A DNA stretch of 53,725 nt. Origin: a virus. Its lineage: Duplodnaviria; Caudoviricetes. The stretch spans positions 1-53,725 of IMG/VR virus record IMGVR_UViG_3300032224_000518; one strand, written 5' to 3'. Numbering within the stretch: position 1 is the stretch's first letter; each line of letters opens with the position of its first letter. Below the pieces are notes generated by a model that did not search any database, had not been told where the DNA came from, and saw only the letters and a list, made by a program, of their open reading frames with translations. The position numbers and the translations under genes were made by a program. Below, piece after piece: positions 37,726 to 46,505 of the stretch.

Positions 37726-38663
37726 TGGAATATAAAAAAATGTATAAACTATTAAAAACACATATCCAAGCATCAACTGTAACCGAAAAGATTGGTATTA
37801 ATTATAATGTTAGACCAACTATGGGTTTCGATGAAGAAACACAAGAAATTAAAGTTAGAATTGACAAAGTTGCTAAACCTGATTTAACACGTGAAGCAGA
37901 TGTTGAAGTAACATATGAACTTCTTAAAGAAAGAACTTTCACTGTAGCAGATTTTCCTGCTGTTACTGACCACAATAACTGGATCGTAGAGTATGATGTA
38001 GTTAACAATATTATTAGTGATCCTATTTCAATCTGGGAACTTATTAAAGCCAAACGAGCAACAGATCCAACATTCGTTTTTGGCGATTTTAGAGAATATT
38101 TAAATTCTAGATGGAGTGAGGATTTAACCCCACTATTCTCTGTAAAATCATTTGACCCAATTTCAGATTTTAGTCATAGCGTTTTAGCATTTTGGGTAAA
38201 CCAAGATGATGATACTACAACCAAATATGATACTGTTTTAACAAACGATAGTTCTGTTGAATTAATGACAATTGAACAGCGTGATTCATATATTAGTTCA
38301 TTTATTCCTAAAATTTCTTTTGCAGTTAAAACTACCGATGATGTATCAGTTGGTACTGTTACTGCAGTACCTCCAAGTAAAACTGGTGGCACAATTTTTA
38401 ATAACTATACAGTTACATTACCTGCTGCAGATTTATATAAGATTGAAATAACAGTAGCCAAAGAAAAATTTGGGGATACTCCAAACACTTATAATTTAAC
38501 AACAGTCAATGGTAATATCAATAAAAATCGTATACAAATTGGCGACGGAACTTTTGAAATTCTATTAAATTCCTCTGGTTTGGTAGCTACTGATTATGTT
38601 AAACTTAAATTGAATTTGGGTGATTTTACGTCTTTCGCAGAACTTTGGATTACCTTTAATTGA
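37725..38663 (+). CDS. Hypothetical beta-rich protein
   Basis: Long ORF; start either ATG 37725 (TAATG coupling) or 37740; no family recognised. Confidence 0.75.
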   Translation: MEYKKMYKLLKTHIQASTVTEKIGINYNVRPTMGFDEETQEIKVRIDKVAKPDLTREADVEVTYELLKERTFTVADFPAVTDHNNWIVEYDVVNNIISDPISIWELIKAKRATDPTFVFGDFREYLNSRWSEDLTPLFSVKSFDPISDFSHSVLAFWVNQDDDTTTKYDTVLTNDSSVELMTIEQRDSYISSFIPKISFAVKTTDDVSVGTVTAVPPSKTGGTIFNNYTVTLPAADLYKIEITVAKEKFGDTPNTYNLTTVNGNINKNRIQIGDGTFEILLNSSGLVATDYVKLKLNLGDFTSFAELWITFN

Positions 38664-38668
38664 GTGAC

Positions 38669-38675
38669 CTAAATA
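38669..38675 (+). promoter_or_regulatory. Late promoter motif CTAAATA upstream of the radical SAM gene
   Basis: Intergenic, same motif as upstream of structural genes. Confidence 0.6.
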
Positions 38676-38713
38676 TCTTTGAGGGATATTATTAATTATT
38701 AAAAAGGTTGAGA

Positions 38714-40195
38714 ATGAAATATAAATTGACAATGACTGGCTCTAATGATGTAGAGCAAATTTTATTATATGATCCAATGACATCTGAAATTTTGTGGGAA
38801 GAGACTGGTGAAAAACCAGCTCTAACCCATTTAGGTAAAGATGTAGAATATAGCATTGAATCTAAAGTATGGAAACCATTTACCGTTACAGATCCTAGCG
38901 ATCCTGCGCTTCACGGTAGAAAATCCGCAACACCAATGACGTTAAAAATAACCATGGGGTTAAAGTGCAACTACAAGTGCACTTACTGCAATCAAGCACA
39001 TCAGCCACACGATTCAGTTGGTGGTCCTCAGGATGCGGAAGAACTGGTTCAAAAGATTAAAAATAATTTTAATATTGGAACTTTTGATAAACCAAGAATT
39101 GAATTTTGGGGTGGCGAGCCATTAGTATATTGGAAAACTATTGTACCTCTAACTGAAAAGGTTAGAAAACTATACCCTAATGCTCAATTTATGATGGTTA
39201 CCAATGGATCGTTATTGGACAGAGATAAAATTAACTGGTTCAATAAAATGGGATTTTCTATTGGTATGTCACACGATGGTCCGCTTCATGCGCAGAATCG
39301 TGGACCAGATCCTTTAGATGAATATCAAGCACGTGATGCTGTATGTTATGCTCTTAAAACTATGGGGCAAATGCGTTTCTCATTTAACTGCGTATTAACA
39401 CGTGAAAACGTATCCTTAAAAGCAGTCAGAGATTTCATTGTAAATAAATTAAATATTGATGACACAAGAACTCCAGATAAACCAGGTATTAGTGAAAGAG
39501 AAGTTCAAGTAACTACTGAAGAATTATTACTACCATATGACGAAGATGGTATGAAACATTCTTTACAAACTACTGATGAAAAGAAAGAAGTCTTGCACAG
39601 CTTATTCTGGGAGACTACTGGCAACGAAAATGAATTTAGTTGGACAATTCATCAGAAAATTAAAAACTTTTTTGATGGAATTATCTATCAGCGTCCTGCA
39701 GAAGTCTTAGGACAGAAGTGTGGAATGGATAGACCAGATAACATTGCTATTGATATGAAAGGTAATGTTACTACTTGTCAGAATACTTCATCATTAACTA
39801 AACACAATATTGGAACTATTGAGAAACTCGATGAAGTTAGGTTAGATACTTCACATCACTGGAGCACTCGTGCAGAATGCCCTTCTTGCCCAGTTGTTCA
39901 ACTATGTCAAGGTGCTTGTTTATTTCTTGAAGATGAATATTGGACACAAGCGTGTGAGAACTTATTCTACTACAATATGGCTATGCTAGCTTCTTCATTA
40001 TATTTTTTAACTGGTGGGTTAGTGTTGACTAAACTGGAAGGTGAGAAAATTCGTTTCGATGGAACTACTTCTATGGATGTTATTGATATAAATTTTGTTA
40101 AATCAAATGGCAAACAAAAGTCTTGGAAAGTTCGTAAACCGATCGGAATCCCAGTGGTTTCTGTTCCAAAAGCTGAAGAATATGCAGTTCAATGA
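38714..40195 (+). CDS. Radical SAM / SPASM-domain protein (peptide/protein maturase type)
   Basis: CNYKCTYC, WGGEP, VTNG, SHDG; SPASM cysteines CGMD...GNVTTC...CPSCPVVQLCQGAC...C. Confidence 0.93.
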   Translation: MKYKLTMTGSNDVEQILLYDPMTSEILWEETGEKPALTHLGKDVEYSIESKVWKPFTVTDPSDPALHGRKSATPMTLKITMGLKCNYKCTYCNQAHQPHDSVGGPQDAEELVQKIKNNFNIGTFDKPRIEFWGGEPLVYWKTIVPLTEKVRKLYPNAQFMMVTNGSLLDRDKINWFNKMGFSIGMSHDGPLHAQNRGPDPLDEYQARDAVCYALKTMGQMRFSFNCVLTRENVSLKAVRDFIVNKLNIDDTRTPDKPGISEREVQVTTEELLLPYDEDGMKHSLQTTDEKKEVLHSLFWETTGNENEFSWTIHQKIKNFFDGIIYQRPAEVLGQKCGMDRPDNIAIDMKGNVTTCQNTSSLTKHNIGTIEKLDEVRLDTSHHWSTRAECPSCPVVQLCQGACLFLEDEYWTQACENLFYYNMAMLASSLYFLTGGLVLTKLEGEKIRFDGTTSMDVIDINFVKSNGKQKSWKVRKPIGIPVVSVPKAEEYAVQ

Positions 40196-40515
40196 GTTTT
40201 TTAGATTGTAATATTTGGGAGATTAATCAGTTTCCCAAATATGGAACTGCTTTAAATAGATACACGTTAGCAACTATATTTGAGTATAGTTCAGATACAG
40301 TTGATTATCAGAGTAATAATTTTAAACTACAAATACCTGAGTTTTGCATAAAAATTTCAGAATCTGATAAAAAATTTGTACTGAAAAATAAAGAATATCT
40401 GATTAAACATAAAATACCATTCTTGGTTTTGCTAAATAGTAATGATCAAGAAAACTGGGTAGCAGATTTATCCATGTCTGACTACTTAATTAGAAGAATA
40501 CAACAGGAGAAATAA
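40192..40515 (+). CDS. Hypothetical protein
   Basis: 107-aa ORF with ATGA overlap to the radical SAM gene; contains CTAAATA at 40432. Confidence 0.6.
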   Translation: MSFLDCNIWEINQFPKYGTALNRYTLATIFEYSSDTVDYQSNNFKLQIPEFCIKISESDKKFVLKNKEYLIKHKIPFLVLLNSNDQENWVADLSMSDYLIRRIQQEK

Positions 40516-41463
40516 ATGGAAAAGAAGCATGTAAAATGGGTTATCGCCCACGAGCCAATCGGTCTATTTTTGAAAGTAGCTGAGTCTTTCTCTAAAGAAG
40601 TTAATGAGCAGACTGGTGGAAAATTTAATATTGAAGTTCTTTCTTTGTCTGACTATTCTGCAAAATATAACGCTGGCAAAAAGATTACCAAGAATGAACT
40701 AATGAAATTGGTTAATACTGGCGCAATCGAAATGAGTCATATCTACACTACTTGGTTAGCTGACTACAATAAAGATCTACATGCATTAGATCTTCCATTC
40801 TTGTTTAAAGACCACGATCACGCTGATCGTGTTTTAGAAGGTTCTATTGGAACTGAATTGTTGGCTGGTGTATCTAAGCAGTCAAACATTAAGGCTATGT
40901 CGTTCACTTACTCTGGTGGCTATCGTGTAGTTCCAGCTAACTTCCGTGCTGATACTGTTGCAGCTTGGGAAGGACAAACTGTTCGTACTAGCCGTAGCCC
41001 AGTTGCTGTTGAAACTTTCAAAGCACTTGGCGCAATCCCAAATAAAGATATCGCTCTTGAAGAAATGAACGAAGCAGCTGATGCTGGTGTTATCTCTGCT
41101 GGTGAATCTACATACGTACGTATTTTCCCACTACAGCAAAATGAATCTTTCAAAGTTGTTAACGACACTGCTCATAGCTTGTTCTTGACTTCTATTATTG
41201 TTAACCAAGATTTTATGAAGCAGTTTGATGCTGAAACTCAAGAGATCATGGCTACTGCAGCATTTAACGCTGCTCGTAAAGAGCGTCGTGAGTCTGTTGC
41301 TGACATTCCAAATATCTTGGCTGAGTGTGTAGAAAAAGGTGTTGCAGTTGTTCGTATGACTGATGAAGAACAATCTAAATTTAAAGCTGTTACTTCTTCT
41401 GTATATGAGAAGTTTGCTGACTATTTTACCCCAGGATTGGTTCAGAAGATTCAGTTACACTAA
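40516..41463 (+). CDS. TRAP-type DctP-like solute-binding protein lacking a signal peptide
   Basis: VNEQTGGKFNIEV, GAIEM, LDLPFLFKDHDHA, GGYR, GQTVRT, DTAH; no N-terminal hydrophobic segment. Confidence 0.82.
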   Translation: MEKKHVKWVIAHEPIGLFLKVAESFSKEVNEQTGGKFNIEVLSLSDYSAKYNAGKKITKNELMKLVNTGAIEMSHIYTTWLADYNKDLHALDLPFLFKDHDHADRVLEGSIGTELLAGVSKQSNIKAMSFTYSGGYRVVPANFRADTVAAWEGQTVRTSRSPVAVETFKALGAIPNKDIALEEMNEAADAGVISAGESTYVRIFPLQQNESFKVVNDTAHSLFLTSIIVNQDFMKQFDAETQEIMATAAFNAARKERRESVADIPNILAECVEKGVAVVRMTDEEQSKFKAVTSSVYEKFADYFTPGLVQKIQLH

Positions 41464-41476
41464 TTAACTTTGGTGA

Positions 41477-41504
41477 CTAAATAATAGGGAGCTTCGGCTC
41501 CCTA
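41477..41504 (+). promoter_or_regulatory. Late promoter motif followed by a cUUCGg hairpin
   Basis: CTAAATA 41477-41483; TAGGGAGC-TTCG-GCTCCCTA 41485-41504. Confidence 0.65.
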
Positions 41505-41521
41505 ATTTATTTTGAGGATAT

Positions 41522-42550
41522 ATGCAAGTAATTTATTATAACGTATTTTCTGTTCCATTGTGTATAGAAAAGAACCCTTCTTATCTAAGTCAATACTACT
41601 CTAAAGATTTTTCTCAAGATCTGTTTTTGAAGTATAGAAAATATGGAATAGACACTTCTAATTTTGTTTATGATAGAACGCAGTCGATACCACACTACCT
41701 TGATATAAAACCAGACTTAGCACCAATACCCAACGCAGAAGGATTTAATAAATCTTTTGAGCAGGTGGTTGAAGAACGAGCTAAAGAATTACTATCTTTA
41801 GGTAAACAAATCAATGTTGTTTGGAGTGGCGGAATTGATAGTACGTTAGCACTGTTTGCATTAATTAAATATGCAAACGATCCTAGTCAGATTACTGTAT
41901 ATGGAACATATACATCAATCTTAGAGTCAGGAAATCTTTTTGAGAATAATATTCTACCCAAAGGTGTTAAACATAACATAAAAGTTTCCAGTAAAAAAGA
42001 ATTCTCAAACCCAGATGAAATTTATGTAACAGGGTTTATGGGAAACCAGTTGTTCGGTCCTACGGACGACTTCTCTAAAAATTCTACCATAACTTTGTTT
42101 CACCATCAGTTTAATTATGATGATCCTTTGGCGCCATATCAGAAATGTATTTCAGGCGAGAAGTTAGAATTTTTACAACCAATGATTGATGCTTCTCCCA
42201 AAAAGATAGAAACAGTAAGGGATTTACGTTGGTGGTTTATTTTTAATTTGGACTGGTATACAGCTAAATTTGATTCTCTGGTTCATGCTAAAAATAGAAA
42301 TGACATATACCATTTCTTTAATACTGATGATTTTCAAAGATATGTTCTTACAACAAAAGAACCATTTACCAAAGAGGTTGGTAACGCATTAACCCATCGT
42401 TGGGAAATGAGACAACTAATCGAAGATTACAGTGGGAATAAACATTACCCTTGGAATAAAACAAAAGGGGTTTCGAATCTTAGTAACTCGAACCCCTCTT
42501 GGCTGATAATGCTTGAAGATTACAGTTTAATAGTTAGTAAACCCAACTAA
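41522..42550 (+). CDS. PP-loop (adenine nucleotide alpha-hydrolase-like) ATP pyrophosphatase, asparagine-synthetase-like domain
   Basis: VVWSGGIDST PP-loop, VTGFMGNQLFG, FFNTDDF; no glutaminase domain. Confidence 0.75.
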   Translation: MQVIYYNVFSVPLCIEKNPSYLSQYYSKDFSQDLFLKYRKYGIDTSNFVYDRTQSIPHYLDIKPDLAPIPNAEGFNKSFEQVVEERAKELLSLGKQINVVWSGGIDSTLALFALIKYANDPSQITVYGTYTSILESGNLFENNILPKGVKHNIKVSSKKEFSNPDEIYVTGFMGNQLFGPTDDFSKNSTITLFHHQFNYDDPLAPYQKCISGEKLEFLQPMIDASPKKIETVRDLRWWFIFNLDWYTAKFDSLVHAKNRNDIYHFFNTDDFQRYVLTTKEPFTKEVGNALTHRWEMRQLIEDYSGNKHYPWNKTKGVSNLSNSNPSWLIMLEDYSLIVSKPN

Positions 42551-43165
42551 AACATTGAAAGTAACCATAGTCTGTTGAGACATATTGGTTTCTTGATATC
42601 GTTGTAAATATCCAGGAGTCACAATACACTCTCCGATTCTTGGAATTAATCCAAAATGCGAACCAACTAAATTACTATAGGCTTTCTGTCTAATAGTCTG
42701 AACACCACCTCTAGTATCTGCGTAGTAAGTATAGTTTGGCTTTTCCCCAGTATGTAAAACAAAACTAAAAACCAATGGTGCATGCTCATAGCAATGTAAT
42801 GGACAATGTTCGCCAAGCTGTTGGAATAGTACATTTGATCCCATAATGCTAGGTAGATACTGTAGGTTTTCATTAAGCTGCAGTGGGCGACTTCTATTTT
42901 CTTCACTATCTACGGCATACTCTGATAAATTTGAACAGATATCATAAATAAAGTTACGCCACTGTTCCATGCAAGGAACATCCATATGGATTAAATCTTT
43001 AATTTCATCATTAAATTGTTGTTTATTGGCTAGCTCTAAAGTTTCAGCAATCAGTTCATCACTGAACGGATATGTAAAACAACGAAGTTCAGTTGGGAAT
43101 AAAACCTTACTAAACGTCTGTTCAATTTTCTGAGGTTCTACTTGGTTGGTTTCTTGAGAATCCAT
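42527..43165 (-). CDS. 2OG-Fe(II) oxygenase-fold protein (TIGR02466-like) with degenerate metal ligands
   Basis: LFPT N-terminus, D-T-R, IPRIGECIVTPGYL, TFNV pattern; GGAG RBS. Confidence 0.6.
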   Translation of the reverse strand: MDSQETNQVEPQKIEQTFSKVLFPTELRCFTYPFSDELIAETLELANKQQFNDEIKDLIHMDVPCMEQWRNFIYDICSNLSEYAVDSEENRSRPLQLNENLQYLPSIMGSNVLFQQLGEHCPLHCYEHAPLVFSFVLHTGEKPNYTYYADTRGGVQTIRQKAYSNLVGSHFGLIPRIGECIVTPGYLQRYQETNMSQQTMVTFNVLVGFTNY

Positions 43166-43220
43166 AATTACTCCATAAATAATAGGTTAAAATAAGTTCG
43201 CTTTCGAGCAAATCTAATTG

Positions 43221-43248
43221 TATTTAGCGTTTCCAAATATGATAAATA
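43221..43248. promoter_or_regulatory. Back-to-back late promoter motifs (- CTAAATA 43221-43227; + ATAAATA 43242-43248)
   Basis: Both lie in the gap between divergent genes. Confidence 0.6.
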
Positions 43249-43271
43249 AGTGTGTATATTGGGAGATTTAA

Positions 43272-43607
43272 GTGGCCACAGTTTCAAACCTTTACGTAGA
43301 TCAGGGTTCTTTTTACAGGACATATGTTACGGTATCTAATACCGATGGCAATCCCCTGGACCTGACAAACTATACTGTTGCTTCTCAGATGAGAAAATCA
43401 TATCAGTCTTCGACTGGCTATAATTTCACTAGTTCTATAACGAATCCAATACAAGGGAGAGTTCGTATTGAACTTTCGTCAGAACAATCAAGATTGATTC
43501 CGTCAGGTAGATACCTGTATGATGTCGAGGTCACTGCACCTAGTGGCGAAAAAACTCGTGTCGTGGAAGGTATTGTTTTAATCAACCCAGAAATAACAAA
43601 AATATAA
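43272..43607 (+). CDS. Virion structural protein (BppU N-terminal-like Ig fold)
   Basis: NLYVDQGS, PLDLTNYT, SQMRKSY, GRYLYDVE, RVVEG; GTG start with GGGAG. Confidence 0.75.
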   Translation: MATVSNLYVDQGSFYRTYVTVSNTDGNPLDLTNYTVASQMRKSYQSSTGYNFTSSITNPIQGRVRIELSSEQSRLIPSGRYLYDVEVTAPSGEKTRVVEGIVLINPEITKI

Positions 43608-43608
43608 T

Positions 43609-43836
43609 ATGTCTGAAATAACTGCAATCGTATCCGACCCATATGGTCAAGGTGATAGTGGTGTAAGCGTAATGGCTTCACAAACTTCGATTTCACCAAA
43701 TTCAATTGAAAACATGTTAGACGTTGATTTACAACAATTAACCAATGGCGCAATCTTAGTATACAAGAACAACACCACCAAATGGACTGCTACTACTTTA
43801 TTAGATCAGCAGAACATGGAAGGTGGAGAATTTTAA
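43609..43836 (+). CDS. Small fibre-associated protein
   Basis: LDVD...NGAILVY...KW motif; ends EGGEF like the following fibre (DGGTY). Confidence 0.65.
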   Translation: MSEITAIVSDPYGQGDSGVSVMASQTSISPNSIENMLDVDLQQLTNGAILVYKNNTTKWTATTLLDQQNMEGGEF

Positions 43837-43848
43837 CGGAGATTAAAG

Positions 43849-46440
43849 ATGGCTTCAATAATTAGAATTAAACGATCATCGGTAAGCGGAAATCCAACTA
43901 CCCTTGGCGCAGGTGAATTAGCATACTCAGCTTATGCTGGCGCAGGTGGTAACCGATTATACATCGGTATGGGTACAGAGAATTCAGGTAATGCTGTAAA
44001 TCACCATGTAATCGGTGGTACTTACTATACTGGTTTAATCGACGCATCAACTGCTGGTACTCTTACTACTACTGCATCTTCAATTCCAGTTCTATCATCA
44101 ACTGGTACGATTGATAAATGGTTAGTTGGTAACTTACAATTAACAGGTAATACATTATCTTCAACCAGCGTTAATGGTAATATTACCCTCCAACCAAATG
44201 GTAGTGGTCAGGTTAATCTTTACAATCCATATATTAACCAGTCAGGTAGTCTAGTAACTTTAGATGAATATGTTTATGACTTAGTTGGTGGAACTATCAC
44301 TGCTGGTACTGGTATTACTTCTACAGTTAGCGATCCTGGTAATACTACTACTCTTTCTATTAGTAATACTACAGTTACTGCTGGTAGTTACGGTTCTGCT
44401 ACTGCGATCCCAACATTCACTGTTAATGCACAAGGTCAATTAACTGCTGCTGGTACTGCTGCTCTAGCAACTACATTAAGTGTTGCTGGTAATAGTGGTA
44501 CTGCTGCAGTTGCACTATTAACTGATACCTTAACTTTCACTGGTAGTACTGGTATTACTACAGTTGCTTCTAAAAATCTAACAGCTGATACTGTAACAAT
44601 TGGTATCGATACTGCTGTTGTTGCTACTTTAACTGGTACTCAAACATTAACTAATAAGACCATCAACTTAGGTAGCAATACTTTAGTTGCTACTTCTGCT
44701 CAGTTAGCAGCTGCTATCACTGACGAAACAGGTTCTGGTCTTGTAGTATTCAATAACAGCCCAACTCTTATTACTCCAGTATTGGGTGTTGCTTCTGCTA
44801 CTACAATCAACAAAGTAACAATCACTGCTCCAGCAACTGGTTCTACATTAACTATTGCTGAAGGTAAAACTCTTGCTGCAAATAATAGTTTAACTTTTAC
44901 TGGTACAGATACTTCTTCTGTAAACTTTAGTTCTGGTGGTACTGTTGCTTATGTAGCAAATAAATTAAGCGTATTTGCTGCCACTACTTCTGCTGAACTT
45001 GCTGGTGTTATTTCTGATGAAACTGGAACTGGCGCTTTAGTATTTGCCAATAGCCCAAGTTTAGTTACACCAACTCTTGGTGCTGCTTTAGCAACTAGTG
45101 TTACTGCCACTTCTGGTAATATGGTGGTTAATGCTGCAGCTGGTAACAATAACGTAAACTTAGGTCCAACTGGTACTGGTACTGTTGACGTTAGTGGTAA
45201 ACGTATTACTTCTGTTGCTGAACCTACTCAAGCAACTGATGCTGCAACTAAGAACTACGTTGATGCTGTTAAGACTGGATTGGATCCAAAAGATTCAGTT
45301 CGCATCGCAACAACTACTGCTTTAACTGCAACTTATTCAAATGGTACTTCTGGTGTTGGTGCAACTCTTACCAACTCTGGTACTCAAGCTGCATTTACAG
45401 TTGACTCTATCGTTGCTGTTGCTGGCGATCGTGTTCTTGTTAAAGATCAAGCGAATGCTTCACAGAATGGTATCTATACAGTTACAACTGTTGGTACTGC
45501 ATCTACAAACTGGGTATTGACTCGTGCTATTGATGCTGACCAAAACCCTGAAGTAACTCCAGGTGCATTTACTTTCGTTGAAGAAGGAACAAATAACGGA
45601 AACAATGGTTACGTTTGTACTTCTATTGGTACCATTACAATCGGTACTAGCAATATTACTTGGGTACAGTTCTCTGGTGCAGGTTCAGTTATCGCTGGTG
45701 CAGGTTTAACAAAATCTGGTAACACTATTGATGCAGTTGGTACTACTAATAGAATTTTAGTTAATGCTGATAATATCGACATTTCTCCAAACTATATTGG
45801 TCAAAACACTATTACCACTCTGGGTACTATTGGTACTGGTATTTGGCAAGGTACTATTGTTTCACCAACTTATGGTGGAACTGGTATCAATAATGGTTCT
45901 AACACTTTATCTCTTGCTGGTAACGTAAGCCACGCTGGTGCGTTTACTCAGACGTTTACTGCTACTGGTAATACTTCAGTAACATTACCATTAACTGGTA
46001 CTCTTGCTACTTTAGCTGGTTCTGAAGCGTTAACTAACAAAACTATCAATGGATTGACAATTTCAACATCCACTGGTACGTTGACTATTGTTAATGGTGG
46101 AACTCTTGCAACTGCTGGCGCATACAGTACTACTTTAACATCTACTGCTGCTACTAACGTAACACTACCAACGACTGGTACTCTTGCTACTTTGGCTGGT
46201 GCTGAATCATTAAGCAATAAAACTATTACTGCTTCTTCTTTCTCTGGCACTACTATTGCTGCTTCTGGTCTAGTAACTTTCACTAATACTACTGACGCTA
46301 CTGCAATCGGTACTGCTAGTATTGTTGCTTCTGGTGGTTTATCAGTTGCTAAAGCAATTTATGTTGGAACTAACATTACTGGTGCAGGTGCTGCAACATC
46401 AACTCTGGATGGTTTCCAGATTGATGGTGGTACTTATTAA
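43849..46440 (+). CDS. Long tail fibre protein
   Basis: IRIKRS...LGAGELAYS N-terminus, Thr/Gly-rich, TLTNKT repeats, DAATKNYVD, RVLVKDQ..QNGIY, ends IDGGTY. Confidence 0.85.
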   Translation: MASIIRIKRSSVSGNPTTLGAGELAYSAYAGAGGNRLYIGMGTENSGNAVNHHVIGGTYYTGLIDASTAGTLTTTASSIPVLSSTGTIDKWLVGNLQLTGNTLSSTSVNGNITLQPNGSGQVNLYNPYINQSGSLVTLDEYVYDLVGGTITAGTGITSTVSDPGNTTTLSISNTTVTAGSYGSATAIPTFTVNAQGQLTAAGTAALATTLSVAGNSGTAAVALLTDTLTFTGSTGITTVASKNLTADTVTIGIDTAVVATLTGTQTLTNKTINLGSNTLVATSAQLAAAITDETGSGLVVFNNSPTLITPVLGVASATTINKVTITAPATGSTLTIAEGKTLAANNSLTFTGTDTSSVNFSSGGTVAYVANKLSVFAATTSAELAGVISDETGTGALVFANSPSLVTPTLGAALATSVTATSGNMVVNAAAGNNNVNLGPTGTGTVDVSGKRITSVAEPTQATDAATKNYVDAVKTGLDPKDSVRIATTTALTATYSNGTSGVGATLTNSGTQAAFTVDSIVAVAGDRVLVKDQANASQNGIYTVTTVGTASTNWVLTRAIDADQNPEVTPGAFTFVEEGTNNGNNGYVCTSIGTITIGTSNITWVQFSGAGSVIAGAGLTKSGNTIDAVGTTNRILVNADNIDISPNYIGQNTITTLGTIGTGIWQGTIVSPTYGGTGINNGSNTLSLAGNVSHAGAFTQTFTATGNTSVTLPLTGTLATLAGSEALTNKTINGLTISTSTGTLTIVNGGTLATAGAYSTTLTSTAATNVTLPTTGTLATLAGAESLSNKTITASSFSGTTIAASGLVTFTNTTDATAIGTASIVASGGLSVAKAIYVGTNITGAGAATSTLDGFQIDGGTY

Positions 46441-46446
46441 TATTGA

Positions 46447-46492
46447 CTAAATACAATTAGTTCGCTGGGGTTTCTACCCCAGCTTTAACCTT
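46447..46492 (+). promoter_or_regulatory. Late promoter motif followed by a GC-rich hairpin (terminator-like)
   Basis: CTAAATA 46447-46453; GCTGGGGT-TTCT-ACCCCAGC 46464-46483, then T-rich. Confidence 0.6.
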
Positions 46493-46505
46493 TTTAGGAA
46501 GATGA

